Of a stretch of DNA of 64,000 bases, positions 1-38,600 are shown piece after piece. Both the position numbers and the translations under genes were made by a program. The DNA comes from Antedon mediterranea (Eukaryota > Animalia > Echinodermata). Location of the stretch: NCBI RefSeq assembly GCF_964355755.1, contig NC_092675.1, positions 28,182,912-28,246,911 of the forward strand, in the 5' to 3' direction. The notes beneath the pieces were generated by a model, which saw only the letters and a program-made list of their open reading frames with translations, did no database searches and was not told where the DNA came from. Numbering within the stretch: position 1 is the first letter of the stretch; each line of letters opens with the position of its first letter.

Positions 1-635
1 GAATAAGTGAATACCATGCATAATACACATAAGCAATAATAAAGAAACAAGCATTTCATGCAATACACATATGAACATGCAACCCCCAACAAAATGGTAT
101 AGACCTTTGCATCCTGTGGTGTCATTACTGTAATGCCAGTCTCTGGACCCTTCCATGATGCAAAAAAGGGGTGAATGGAAACGAATACAAATTAATACTT
201 GCGTGGTTAGTTATATGATTCAAATAATGTAAAGGGTTTTGTTTCATTTAAATAATACAATTAATTATCATTCAGGGTGTTATTCATTCAGAAATAAACA
301 TTATTTTGCAAACATTATGGCAAAGAAAATATGTATCATGATTTTTCAACAATTATGCATGAGATAAAAGCCAAAACTTTTGTAAAAAGATTAAGCAAAT
401 TAATTAAGAAACTATGTTCGTTTAAAATAAGTTGTCAAAGGTTATACAAGTTATCAAATCACTAATTTCATGTTAATTGTATATTAAATATTGGTATACA
501 AGCCAACCCCCTTTCTCACTCTCTTTCTCTCCCAACTCACCCTGTACAGTAGATCAAATAGTAAAACTTAACAACCATTTGTTAATGCTGCAAGGTCCGC
601 TACGTTCACTAATTGTCGTTATTAATAAACTTTAC

Positions 636-24534
<23,899 letters not shown>

Positions 24535-25104
24535 AACTTTATGAAATGATCTTGAAAAATGTATAATTTACAAAGAACCAATCATTGCACAGGTATTCTA
24601 TAAGGAAAAAAAAACAATACTGCTAATTAGTAACAATAAATATTGATTATATTTAATAAAAATTAATTATCTTCAAAAATATAAGTATTGACAATTAATT
24701 AATTAATAATAAAACAAATTTGAATATTACAAATAATTAATTAATAATAAAACAAATTTGAATATTACGAAAGACATTACAATAAACTAATGTAGAGCAG
24801 CACCTTAACCAACAAATTGAATTATAGTTGTTTTGTATTGTTCATAACATCCACTAACCTACCCATGTCTACACTGTTCAGTGAGTGAGACTATGTCTGG
24901 TTTCATATTGAGTTTTTTATGTCTTATTAAAAAATGAAACTCATTCTAGAAAATAGAACTTGTGTAATGACCACATGCTGGGTATTGACTTTAACGCCTT
25001 AAAATTACAACAATCTCCGAATGATGCAAATACAGTAATAAAGTTCTTATAGATACCATAAGATTTATATACAGTACAAAAGGACATTCAAGCAATGAGA
25101 GTAA

Positions 25105-25254
25105 AGCTCTGTCTACACTATCAAACTAGTAAAAAAAGTGTGATGTGCCCAAATATGGTAGTATACTTAAATATAGTAGTGATATGACATCATTATGTCC
25201 ATATGGGTACATCACATTTGTTTTCACATGAAGTATGATAGTGTAGACAGCGCT
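25105..25254. mobile_element. Tourist/Harbinger-like MITE family A (reference copy)
   Basis: TIR AGCTCTGTCTACACTATCA / TGATAGTGTAGACAG(C/A)GCT with TAA target-site duplication. At least 10 other copies occur in the window. Confidence 0.85.
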
Positions 25255-27700
25255 TAAAGCACCTTGCCTAGAAATCTCTCGAACCTGACTTATGCTACTC
25301 CTATTCCTTAACATTAACAGGTAAATCGCTCGCCCACATTTTGAGAACAATTCAGTGAACATAAACAAGTAAATCAGCACACTCAAATAACGAGGAATAT
25401 AATTTAAATACGAAACATCATACCTTTACAAATATACACATTTAAATATCAAGAAAAAATTGTTAATATGTTTAAAGCACTCTTAGCTCAATACATTTTG
25501 AGATTATCTTACAGCTCAATTTCTGGGCTGGTCTAGACAACACATCAGGGTGCATCAAATGGCCGACGTTATTAACCGCTAAATTACAGCTCATCATGAT
25601 TGTTTTAGGCCAGCGGGCAATAAGCTAATGATAGTGTTATTACCAATAAATTGTGAAATATTTTCCAGGCTTCAGGGCTCAATCTATGACGTTAGTAAAA
25701 TAAGAATCCGGTTTGTATACCAAGAAGCCTTAACACTAAATTAATAAAACATTAATATGTTTACAATACCTATTTGTTTGCATTAACCATTAATATGCAT
25801 AAAAATAATAGCAGTATCATCTCACAGTAACAAAATGGAACCTCAATGGAAACTAATCTTCTGTCTAGGAGTAATTTGGTCGGTCGTCCTAAATCTATTG
25901 AGTTTATTGTAGTTTTACTGTAATTATATTAACTTCATATGTTTGTAGATTATAAATATTATAAAAACAAACAAATTCAATTTTCTAGAAAACTAACTGA
26001 ATCCTATTTATTATTACAATTTTCTTGGAATTTATAATAAACAATTACTTCATAGTTTTCACTTTTCTCAACTTGTGAATTTCTGAAATTAATTATTTTA
26101 TTAGCTTCAATTAATCCATAAAACCGGACCGGACAAGTCCAGTTTATAGATTAAATTAATGAATGATACATTTTAGTTTACAGTTAGCATTAAATTTATA
26201 TCAATATAAATCATAGAATGTTCAGGTGGGACATTTAAAAGAATAAATATTTGTATTTATTTAGGCTTACTGTCACAGCTTTCGAATTCCTATATGTCAT
26301 ATGTATATGTCATAATATGAAAATTGTACAAGACTATCCTATATATTAATTTCATGCTTGAATGATTACCTAATAAAGGTATTGTACAGGTAAATCCTAC
26401 AATAATCAAATTTTCAAGGTTTTTATAACAATAGATTAGAAAAACAAATTTAACCACAAAGTTTTTAAAATAAGATCGATATTGTGATCCAACGCTATAA
26501 AACACCTTTTAAAGAATTATAAATTGTATGTACGGAAATTAAAATAACAATTTCTCTGAATTTCATAGATGATCAGTGAGTAACTGAGTCAGAATCTGAT
26601 ATGCAAATCTAATAACACAAACATCAAGGTCTATTATCATTACACTTTAAATAGGAGTCACAAAAGTACAACCAATAGACTACAGTATAATCTATTTTCT
26701 ACTTTAATCTAAACTGTGTAGCAAAGTAGAAATGACAATGGACTGCTTTACATAACAAGCATATTATGTGTGGAAAGTGATTTCAAATATTATTCTCCTA
26801 AAATTCATGCATTTGCATCTCAATAAAATTTGTCTTTTTCCTTCTACATGTATGGGAACTTTGGATCATTTCAATATTTTGGATCTGCTATTGATGCCCC
26901 CTAGGACCCCCAGCGATGTAAAGCCATTTTTGGGGATTTAGAGGCTATGGTACCATGCAAATGATTTTTTTTTTGGTTCGCTTTTGTCTGTGTTTGTGAT
27001 TGATAGTATAGTATAGTACTGATGCTCACTATAACTAGTTCACACAGACACTATCGAGGATAGATGAGGGAGGGACCCCTAGAATTGGAAGCACTGACAT
27101 GACGTGATTCTTAAGCTTGACAATGACAAGTTTGAATAACTCAGCGTTTGTCATTGGTCAACTAACCAAGCATTAGAGAATAAGATGCACTATATAGTTG
27201 AAAAGTATAACATTAAGTCCACAGCGACATGAGAAAGCATATTAAGCGATCTTTCTCGGTTTTCTTGGTTCTCTCCCGAGTGTTCAAATGAATTATTGCA
27301 AACGGAAGATCACACATCACATGCGCAGCCGGTTCTTGATGCTGCCACATAAAAAATTTACAGAAGCTGATTTCTTAATGTAAAATTTATTTTGACTTGA
27401 CTCTGATTTTTTTTGCAGTTTTTTTATTATGTTTTCTCGTAAAATATACTGGAAAACAGGCTTTATTAGTGTACATATTACATACAAGCAAGAAATAAGA
27501 ATCTAACTTTACCTCAAATAAAATAAATGTTTAGGCCTACCTTGAGAAACAGGAAACAAGCTATAACATAAGATAATATATTACAGTAGCTGCAGCAAGG
27601 ATGATAGGTAGGACCTACCAACCAACCAAAACAACCTGCTCTGCTGCTGCAAACAATCCAGGGTTCATTCAAGCACACTTGTCAAACACGGTAAACTCAC

Positions 27701-28050
27701 CTCATCTGCCTTTCCAAATTCATGCATCCTCAAGCTGAAAAATGAACTTGTTGTATAACTGTGAGGAGTTAGCTTTAAATAATCACAATCTACAGCAAAC
27801 AAACTAGTATAGTCAGCCCGAATTTAGCCGTTTTACTGCTTTAGGAGCTGTAGTTTGCTTATACCAGTCCCAGCCTGGAGCCGGGTAAATACAATAGAGA
27901 CTAAGCACAGCACTTTCTGCCTTGGAATTATGTGTGCGATTCGCAGCAGCTAGCTAGCAGACTATCATCACAGAGCGAGGTCAAGGTTTATAAGCCCCAA
28001 GACAAGCCAAACGATTGGCTGATTTACTCAAAACTCTTAACCAATCATGG
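27701..28050 (-). promoter_or_regulatory. Putative PLK first exon and core promoter
   Basis: Consensus donor GAG|GTGAGT at 27701. TATAAA on the - strand at ~27987-27992. CCAAT motifs at ~28014-28018 (-) and ~28041-28045 (+). Confidence 0.55.
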
Positions 28051-28156
28051 GCCTTTTAAATTTATTTATGAATATGAGTATGAAAAATACTGGTTTTGTA
28101 CAATATAGATTTGTGTTCAATCATTCCTTTATTCGTTATTATTGCTATAAAAACAG

Positions 28157-31100
28157 CCTTGGTGCCTATTATACTACCTCTGATCCATTGTTTCCAGGCC
28201 CCTTGGTGCCTATTATACTGCCTCTGATCCATTGTTTCCAGGCCCCTTGGTGCCTATTATACTGCCTCTGATCCATTGTTTCCAGGCCCCTTGGTGCCTA
28301 TTATACTGCCTCTGATCCATTGTTTCCAGGCCCCTTGGTACCTATTATACTACCTCTGATCCATTGTTTCCAGGCCCCTTGGTGCCTATTATACTACCTC
28401 TGATCCATTGTTTCCAGGCCCCTTGGTGCCTATTATACTGCCTCTGATCCATTGTTTCCAGGCCCCTTGGTGCCTATTATACTGCCTCTGATCCATTGTT
28501 TCCAGGCCCCTTGGTACCTATTATACTACCTCTGATCCATTGTTTCCAGGCCCCTTGGTGCCTATTATACTGCCTCTGATCCATTGTTTCCAGGCCCCTT
28601 GGTGCCTATTATACTGCCTCTGATCCATTGTTTCCAGGCCCCTTGGTGCCTATTATACTGCCTCTGATCCATTGTTTCCAGGCCCCTTGGTGCCTATTAT
28701 ACTGCCTCTGATCCATTGTTTCCAGGCCCCTTGGTGCCTATTATACTGCCTCTGATCCATTGTTTCCAGGCCCCTTGGTACCTATTATACTACCTCTGAT
28801 CCATTGTTTCCAGGCCCCTTGGTGCCTATTATACTACCTCTGATCCATTGTTTCCAGGCCCCTTGGTGCCTATTATACTGCCTCTGATCCATTGTTTCCA
28901 GGCCCCTTGGTGCCTATTATACTGCCTCTGATCCATTGTTTCCAGGCCCCTTGGTGCCTATTATACTGCCTCTGATCCATTGTTTCCAGGCCCCTTGGTG
29001 CCTATTATACTGCCTCTGATCCATTGTTTCCAGGCCCCTTGGTGCCTATTATACTGCCTCTGATCCATTGTTTCCAGGCCCCTTGGTGCCTATTATACTG
29101 CCTCTGATCCATTGTTTCCAGGCCCCTTGGTGCCTATTATACTGCCTCTGATCCATTGTTTCCAGGCCCCTTGGTGCCTATTATACTACCTCTGATCCAT
29201 TGTTTCCAGGCCCCTTGGTGCCTATTATACTGCCTCTGATCCATTGTTTCCAGGCCCCTTGGTGCCTATTATACTGCCTCTGATCCATTGTTTCCAGGCC
29301 CCTTGGTGCCTATTATACTGCCTCTGATCCATTGTTTCCAGGCCCCTTGGTGCCTATTATACTACCTCTGATCCATTGTTTCCAGGCCCCTTGGTGCCTA
29401 TTATACTACCTCTGATCCATTGTTTCCAGGCCCCTTGGTGCCTATTATACTGCCTCTGATCCATTGTTTCCAGGCCCCTTGGTGCCTATTATACTGCCTC
29501 TGATCCATTGTTTCCAGGCCCCTTGGTGCCTATTATACTGCCTCTGATCCATTGTTTCCAGGCCCCTTGGTGCCTATTATACTGCCTCTGATCCATTGTT
29601 TCCAGGCCCCTTGGTGCCTATTATACTGCCTCTGATCCATTGTTTCCAGGCCCCTTGGTGCCTATTATACTGCCTCTGATCCATTGTTTCCAGGCCCCTT
29701 GGTGCCTATTATACTACCTCTGATCCATTGTTTCCAGGCCCCTTGGTACCTATTATACTGCCTCTGATCCATTGTTTCCAGGCCCCTTGGTGCCTATTAT
29801 ACTGCCTCTGATCCATTGTTTCCAGGCCCCTTGGTGCCTATTATACTGCCTCTGATCCATTGTTTCCAGGCCCCTTGGTGCCTATTATACTGCCTCTGAT
29901 CCATTGTTTCCAGGCCCCTTGGTGCCTATTATACTGCCTCTGATCCATTGTTTCCAGGCCCCTTGGTGCCTATTATACTACCTCTGATCCATTGTTTCCA
30001 GGCCCCTTGGTGCCTATTATACTGCCTCTGATCCATTGTTTCCAGGCCCCTTGGTGCCTATTATACTGCCTCTGATCCATTGTTTCCAGGCCCCTTGGTG
30101 CCTATTATACTGCCTCTGATCCATTGTTTCCAGGCCCCTTGGTGCCTATTATACTACCTCTGATCCATTGTTTCCAGGCCCCTTGGTGCCTATTATACTA
30201 CCTCTGATCCATTGTTTCCAGGCCCCTTGGTGCCTATTATACTGCCTCTGATCCATTGTTTCCAGGCCCCTTGGTGCCTATTATACTGCCTCTGATCCAT
30301 TGTTTCCAGGCCCCTTGGTGCCTATTATACTGCCTCTGATCCATTGTTTCCAGGCCCCTTGGTGCCTATTATACTGCCTCTGATCCATTGTTTCCAGGCC
30401 CCTTGGTGCCTATTATACTGCCTCTGATCCATTGTTTCCAGGCCCCTTGGTGCCTATTATACTACCTCTGATCCATTGTTTCCAGGCCCCTTGGTACCTA
30501 TTATACTGCCTCTGATCCATTGTTTCCAGGCCCCTTGGTGCCTATTATACTGCCTCTGATCCATTGTTTCCAGGCCCCTTGGTGCCTATTATACTGCCTC
30601 TGATCCATTGTTTCCAGGCCCCTTGGTGCCTATTATACTGCCTCTGATCCATTGTTTCCAGGCCCCTTGGTGCCTATTATACTGCCTCTGATCCATTGTT
30701 TCCAGGCCCCTTGGTGCCTATTATACTGCCTCTGATCCATTGTTTCCAGGCCCCTTGGTGCCTATTATACTGCCTCTGATCCATTGTTTCCAGGCCCCTT
30801 GGTGCCTATTATACTGCCTCTGATCCATTGTTTCCAGGCCCCTTGGTGCCTATTATACTGCCTCTGATCCATTGTTTCCAGGCCCCTTGGTGCCTATTAT
30901 ACTACCTCTGATCCATTGTTTCCAGGCCCCTTGGTGCCTATTATACTACCTCTGATCCATTGTTTCCAGGCCCCTTGGTGCCTATTATACTGCCTCTGAT
31001 CCATTGTTTCCAGGCCCCTTGGTGCCTATTATACTGCCTCTGATCCATTGTTTCCAGGCCCCTTGGTGCCTATTATACTGCCTCTGATCCATTGTTTCCA

Positions 31101-32119
31101 GGCCCCTTGGTGCCTATTATACTGCCTCTGATCCATTGTTTCCAGGCCCCTTGGTGCCTATTATACTGCCTCTGATCCATTGTTTCCAGGCCCCTTGGTG
31201 CCTATTATACTGCCTCTGATCCATTGTTTCCAGGCCCCTTGGTGCCTATTATACTGCCTCTGATCCATTGTTTCCAGGCCCCTTGGTGCCTATTATACTG
31301 CCTCTGATCCATTGTTTCCAGGCCCCTTGGTGCCTATTATACTGCCTCTGATCCATTGTTTCCAGGCCCCTTGGTGCCTATTATACTGCCTCTGATCCAT
31401 TGTTTCCAGGCCCCTTGGTGCCTATTATACTGCCTCTGATCCATTGTTTCCAGGCCCCTTGGTGCCTATTATACTGCCTCTGATCCATTGTTTCCAGGCC
31501 CCTTGGTGCCTATTATACTGCCTCTGATCCATTGTTTCCAGGCCCCTTGGTGCCTATTATACTGCCTCTGATCCATTGTTTCCAGGCCCCTTGGTGCCTA
31601 TTATACTGCCTCTGATCCATTGTTTCCAGGCCCCTTGGTGCCTATTATACTACCTCTGATCCATTGTTTCCAGGCCCCTTGGTGCCTATTATACTGCCTC
31701 TGATCCATTGTTTCCAGGCCCCTTGGTGCCTATTATACTGCCTCTGATCCATTGTTTCCAGGCCCCTTGGTGCCTATTATACTGCCTCTGATCCATTGTT
31801 TCCAGGCCCCTTGGTACCTATTATACTGCCTCTGATCCATTGTTTCCAGGCCCCTTGGTGCCTATTATACTGCCTCTGATCCATTGTTTCCAGGCCCCTT
31901 GGTGCCTATTATACTGCCTCTGATCCATTGTTTCCAGGCCCCTTGGTGCCTATTATACTGCCTCTGATCCATTGTTTCCAGGCCCCTTGGTACCTATTAT
32001 ACTGCCTCTGATCCATTGTTTCCAGGCCCCTTGGTGCCTATTATACTGCCTCTGATCCATTGTTTCCAGGCCCCTTGGTGCCTATTATACTACCTCTGAT
32101 CCATAGTTTCCAGGCCCCT
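28157..32119. repeat. 44-bp minisatellite, ~90 near-identical copies
   Basis: Unit CCTTGGTGCCTATTATACTGCCTCTGATCCATTGTTTCCAGGCC. Variation is almost entirely G/A at unit positions 8 and 20. No spacers. Confidence 0.98.
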
Positions 32120-32634
32120 ATATGGACTTTAGTCTTTAATAAAATATTTAATAAGAATTGAATAAAATAGGCTATGTAGTGGGTCTTTTAAAATAAAATG
32201 CTTTTTCTTTTCCATTGCATGTTCTTTAATTTCTGATACATATAGTCACATAATAAGTAGAATAACACCAAATCAGACAAGAAGTAAAGTTATAATATTT
32301 TAAATAAATGTAAAATATACAGTAAATATTTTTATACAGTAGTTTTTTTTTTATATAACACTTTTCTTTTTTAAATTATATAATATAATTACAGTGCATA
32401 CACTTTAAACTTTTATATTTATAATTAGTAAAGTTCATAATTTGTATTGTTGGACATTTTGTGCAAACAAAAAGTACAACTCTATTTTATTGTGCATTTG
32501 ACAATACACACAAACCCTAATGGAATACTGTATGTCAATTTATCCATGCGCACTAATAAACAATATATATTTATCTTTTTTTACTGGAGATAATCTCGCC
32601 ATAGAGTATGCTATACAGTATACTTCATCATCAA

Positions 32635-35600
32635 TTATTTTCCAACATGTGCTGTTAGTGCAAAGAATCCTTCATCTGTTCCCTATTTCCGAGTGGTTAA
32701 AAATAAAATAAAAATGAAGATTAATTCATAAATATATTTAATTAATTTCATTTTACAATTAACAATTTCAGTAAGTATTACTTAATATATGGCAAGTTAC
32801 ACTTGTCATGTTTGAGAGATATGGCACTTTAATTACAGTATCTTACTTTTTGCCTTGAAGCTGCTAGAGGTGTGCTCCCTTGGTGGATAATGTTTTTATT
32901 TTGTTTGGAAGAACAATCACCACTTGTGCTTTGCCTGAAACAACAATGAATCTTATATAAACTTGGTACAATCTTTACATCCAAGTATATACTTTGACAC
33001 ATCAGCCTAAACTAACTGAGCACTGTCTATAAATTGTATTTAATTTGTATTTTCAATTACTGTACTATACCTTTTGATTAGGTCACTTAGATTACTCTTT
33101 GGAGATGGTGTACTGGTGGCGGAGATCTCCAATTCTTCAACCCTTGGAAGAGATACAGTTATCTTTTGTGCTTGAACAGCTCCAGCAGAAGATGGATGAT
33201 TCTGGGTTTCAACTTCAAAGGGAATCGGTGAAACAGCTGGTGAGAGTATAAGAGATTGTAGATTGGTAGATTTCTCCTGGAATGCAGGTAAGCCCGTCTG
33301 AAGTTTAGCCAATCTTAACTGAGCTTCAGCATGCTCCTGAGAAAGTGCCTGCATTTTGCGGTTGATGTCCAACTGTGCTTCCGAGACTTTTGTTACTTCT
33401 TTTAAAGTTGTTTGAAGGATTGGAAAAATTCCATGATCATATTTGATTTGCTGATAATGACCTGACATTGATTCTGGATGGTTTATAGTTGTAGCGAATG
33501 ATGTAGGCTTGGTAGAAAAATTTGAGACGTCAAAAGAATTTGATCTAGTGTTTTGTGTACGAGCGTTAAATGCTGCAATATTTTGTGTGGGAACTTTAGC
33601 ATTTGGAATATCTGTATTGTATATACCATCCCCTGCATACTGTGGTTGATTAAACTGTACATCATCGTTTTCAGGAAGATTCCCGTGGAGATGTCTCATA
33701 CCTTGTGGTTTTGACAGTATGCTTCTGTCCTTTTGCCGTGGTGGTGACAACATCAGAGCAGTCATTGATGGTTGGACATGACTAAGACTACCAACGTATG
33801 ACAGATGTGATTTCTCAGGTAAGGATGGAATTGGTGGATCTGGAATAATTCCCGAAGGAACTCCATCTGCATGACTATGAGAAAGGTTATCTTGTGAAGA
33901 ACTAAATAGTTCTCTTTGATTAGCTGTCACGCCATCTCCAGACCTTTCTGGTGCAGCTGTGGGCAAACCATCCATGCTTTTCTTGTTTGGCAAAGAAGGT
34001 TGCTGTTCTTGATCGCCTGGTCTATTCATCACTCGCCTGGTGTCTTCTGTCTTGTATGGAAAAGAATGTTGGTGGTTTGAGTCTTGCAGACTCTCTTGTT
34101 GTCTACCTATTTCCATCGTCATGCCATTTGCATTTTGTGGTTGTACATGTTGCTCATGCAGCCCTGATGGAAGTGAAATCAACAAAATAACCATTGAAAA
34201 TGAAATAAAACTTCATTAAAAAAACAATTACAAAACAAATTGTACACAATATGATTTAAAACCAAAAGGGTGATGATCTATAAGTTTTTAACAGTTATTT
34301 TATTTTATTTAATCGAAACCAACAGCGATAATTACCACCACTAACAGATTTGATACAAACAAAGCCAGGACTGTTTAAAGCACCTTGATTGGTCCTAACA
34401 TTGATCAAGGGCTTCTCTCGTCCAGTGCCCACCTTGCGGGAGGAAAGGCATAGGCCAATACGTCTGAGGCAGATACTAGATGCAGGGGCTGCCATAAGAG
34501 CCAACAATGCTAATTTCAAATGCCTAACGGGACCCTAGCTCCATATACAGGACCCGGTATTCCTACTAGATATTAGATGGTCTCCCATCCAAGCTCTAAC
34601 CAGGCCCAACGTTGCTTAACTTCGGTGTATTACCTATATACACTAAAGTAGGTAAAAGCACATTATAAAGTTTTCATTTCCGCAACCAAAACATATTATA
34701 TTACTGCACTTATTATTCAATTTAATTATCTTCAGCATATTTTTCAAAAATAAAAATGAATTAAAAATAAATAGATAATTACTTGTTGAAATTTGATGAA
34801 CCTGTTGGTTAGTTGCAGCCTGTGAAGTCAATTGAAGCAACAAATCTTTCATATTCATAGCATCCTAAAAAGAAAGAAATTGTGTTATTTTCATTTCTTG
34901 TACAGTATTAGTTTCTATATCACACACAGGGTGGTTGAAATAAGCCCTTTTTGTTATTATTGTGCATTGTATAAATATATTGTACGTCTGTTTTGCAATA
35001 TAAAGGGAATGTTTAATATATGTTACCGCATCATACTTATTATTTTAATTATTTTAAATTGTACTTGAAATAATTAATTTATTTACTTCTGTAAGGGCAT
35101 CAATAAGAGATTGTTGTTGCTGCAACTGTTCTTGCAGTTTAATTCTATGATTCTGTTCTTCCTTTAGATAAACATCATGCTACAAAGAAATTAAGAAATT
35201 AACTGTAATTCATAATCAGGTTCATTTAACAACGGAGGAGGAGGGAGGGAGGCTGGAGTTGTAGTTGTAATATTTATAAAATGTAATATTGTTATAATAT
35301 GTTAGGAGTAACAACGAAACATGTTTGCAAAAAAATGTTCATGAGCAGGGTTCAGAGGAAGAAAACAGGCATTAAAATTTGTTTTTCCGGTTTGGAAATC
35401 AATAAATTTCTATTGAAAGTGTAACAAATAAATGAATAAAACCTTTAATGCTATGAAATTAGTAATATTACCAAGCCTGTAGACAGGATTTATATTAGGG
35501 TTATTTTTTCCACAATGGGGACAAAAATGATTATTAGCTAGGCCTATTTAAAATGACTTCCACTACTGGAAAAAAAGGAGTTCATTCAAACCATACTAAC

Positions 35601-38600
35601 ACCCCTGACTATGGGCTTGATTACCTGCGTTATGCAGTTGTCTAGTCTCTTGATGCTGTTCAACAGTGTTGTGGTGTATCCTTTACTTTGTGATGTACCA
35701 ACATGTCTATCAGATGCAAATACATCTCCACCCTGCATAACCTTATCAAAAAAGATATAAAATATATTGACCCTATCACTTATCATGCTACACTGCGGCT
35801 CTATATGACCCGCAAAATGATTTCTTAATTACAAAACTGGCCCATACTAGAAAAATGTTGAAGACTTATCTAGATAGTGAAAGTTGCTTGACCAAGGCAA
35901 TATAAAACCATACTGCTGTACACCTGTAAACACATTAGTATTTTCTGTGAGAACAAAATTTTAATTTTAAAATCTTAATTTTTTTAAATACTAACCTTTC
36001 TGATGTCAATTCTATTTGTTTCTGCCTCTGTTTCTTCCTGATCAATCCTCTTTCTACTTTTTTTCTTCACCTTTGTGGTGTCATTAATGGCCAGGTGTGG
36101 CATCTCAACAGATGTATCAAATGATACATCAGATGCACTAGCTGTTTGCTTAGCATCTGGTAAAATATTGTAAACAATAGATATATAAAAATTAAAATAA
36201 AAAAAACTAAATAAAAAGTTAGATTTAATTCCTCAATAAAAAAAATGATAATTTTAGGTATCTCCCTTGTGAACTGCAAATCATTAATGATGGGGTGATT
36301 ATTCTGGAACCTCCCATTAGCAATCTTTCGTTTTAAAAACTTGCAGCTGTCAAGTTGAAAAGTCATTTTGCGCAAGCTCAGAAACACACACAGAATGACT
36401 CTAAAGGCCCATTTACACTAGGACGATAACGATCGACGATAAATAGACAAATGTGCATTTTTCATACATAAAACAAAATAAATTAGAAAGGTTTTCGTTC
36501 TAGAACTATAGGATAATCATTTATGCTGTCTTTGATAAAAATAATATTTTTAAAATTCCAATCAAATGACGTCATGATAAATAAAAACAATAAAATCGTT
36601 GTATTGTCACGATATTATTGCTCTTACTAATCATGACGTCATTTGATTGGACGTGTGAAAATATCATTTTCATCAAAGGAAGCATAGATGGTTATTCTAT
36701 AGTTCTAGAATGAAAAGTTTTTATATTTCTTTTGTTTTATGTATGAAAAATGCACATTTGTCTATTTATCGTCGATCGTTATCGTCCTAGTGTAAATGGG
36801 CCTTTAGAGTCAATAGACTTAATATATATATGTTACAACAAAAGGTCACTGTTTTAATAAAAATTCTACTTTATATTATTAACTCACCATGAGTTTTTCT
36901 CATGTTGCCATGATCATGTAGAATTTTGTTTCTTGGTCCTCTCTCGGGACGCATCTACAAAATTGTTAACCAAATAAAAAACCTGATAAGATATCTTTAT
37001 TATCACGTTTTCAGTTATTTATATACATTAGCTAAAAACAAATATACTAATCATTAAACATCCATTACCTGTATATCTGGTTTTGATGGCTTTTGTTGCT
37101 GTGAGGCAATGAATCTGTGAAATCTGTTCATGTCAACAACACTCTGTGGAAAGTTCAAAGGAACGTTCTCTTTCTCCTCATCTGAAGATGCTTGCTCCAT
37201 CGTGGAATCTAATAATAAATTAACACATTTTTTCTGGTTTAAAGTTTATGTAATGACTCACTCGCTATCTACTTTGCGGGTTACTACTAAAAAGTTAATT
37301 TTTAGATATACCAGTTCATACACCTATCCACCAGTAGTAGGAAAAATTATTTTATTTAAATTCATTTACACCACAATCTGTGTTAGATCCATCAATTGGA
37401 CAGTAGATTCAAAACCAAATATATTAGGGGAATATCTAGAATGTTGGGAGCAGGAGCTTGGTGGTTTGAAGGCACTTGGGTAGAGGAGTTATGGGCAGGG
37501 GGGAATAGTTCTAATAGATATACCTTGACTTGAACTTGTGACATCATTGAGAGCGTAGCGATCCATGATAGTATCACTGAGAGCAGAAAGTTGACTTTCT
37601 GAGTGTGGTCGCATGTATACTGGTCCCTGTAGACTGAATAAAAAGAAAACAAATAAAAACAACTCATATTGAAGTGATTCAAGTAAACCTTGTTAACTAA
37701 ATACTGAACCCTGCAATCTGTATTATAATAATTAGAGTTTAGATCTGAAGACAGTTTTCCCAAGTTTCTAGAAATTTGTGGGTTTTCAAGCAAAAACCAA
37801 CACGTCATTTTATTTAATTAAAACTGCTTGCACTGTTTCCAACAATGTCATCTACATATCTTCAACAAATGTTTTTATCTGGTTCATATGAAAACTATCT
37901 GTATTTAATTCTTTACGTTAAACCATTCATGAATACGTAGGTTACTAATAGGGGGCACTGCTCTACAACTAGCAAACCTACAGTACTCCTAGCAACCACT
38001 AACATCTAGTCATTGCCAGATGAAGATTTGTTGAAAACAATTCGAAACGACACACGTACGTATTCATGAATGGTTTAACGTACAAAATTATATACAGATA
38101 GTCCTCTACATACATTCACAATTATTAAAGATACAACATTCTATTACATTCAATCAAATTTGAAAACTATTAAAAATCAAACAATATTGAAAAAAAACTT
38201 AATAAAGGAAAAACCAACACTACCTTTGCTGAACGTTAGACGGCTGAGGGGCAAGGGTGACATTTGGAAACGCTTCACGTCTATGAGGGTCATCCGCAAA
38301 CAGATCTTTTACAACAGACATGACACGATCTGTGTGGGCAACAACATCACTTAGTTGCGTTTGATCGTACAGAATCTCGCGAATAAATGCGCTCTTGGAG
38401 GAGTCATCCAAACTACTGGCATTTGCTGAAAAAAGACAAGCGTATTACTGTATTATTATATATGTTTTTTAATTTATCTTTATTTTTATTTTATTCTATA
38501 TATCATTTGTATTAAAATAAAAAACATACTACATATATATGTACTGTATTGTTGTATATCCTTTATTGGTTATAAAGATAAAAGAAGCCGATGCATGTTT

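Noticed and set aside
25513-25600. Extra PLK coding exon (ATG ATG AGC...AGC T|GTAAGA)
   Set aside because: The phase-1 donor is incompatible with either acceptor of the next exon; at best a UTR exon or uORF.
28157-32119. CRISPR array
   Set aside because: Head-to-tail identical units with no unique spacers, no cas genes, eukaryotic context.
33040-33070. Stop at 33040 as the SPICE1 terminus
   Set aside because: A donor at 33071 and two more exons lead to the conserved GFFALTAHV C-terminus.
34545-34628. Functional 5S rRNA gene
   Set aside because: The 5' ~40 nt are missing, there is an internal insertion and no T-run terminator, and it is fused to a SINE-like body.
37392-37808. 138-aa ORF as listed
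   Set aside because: Overlaps SPICE1 exon 37524-37633 in a different frame; the rest is intron.
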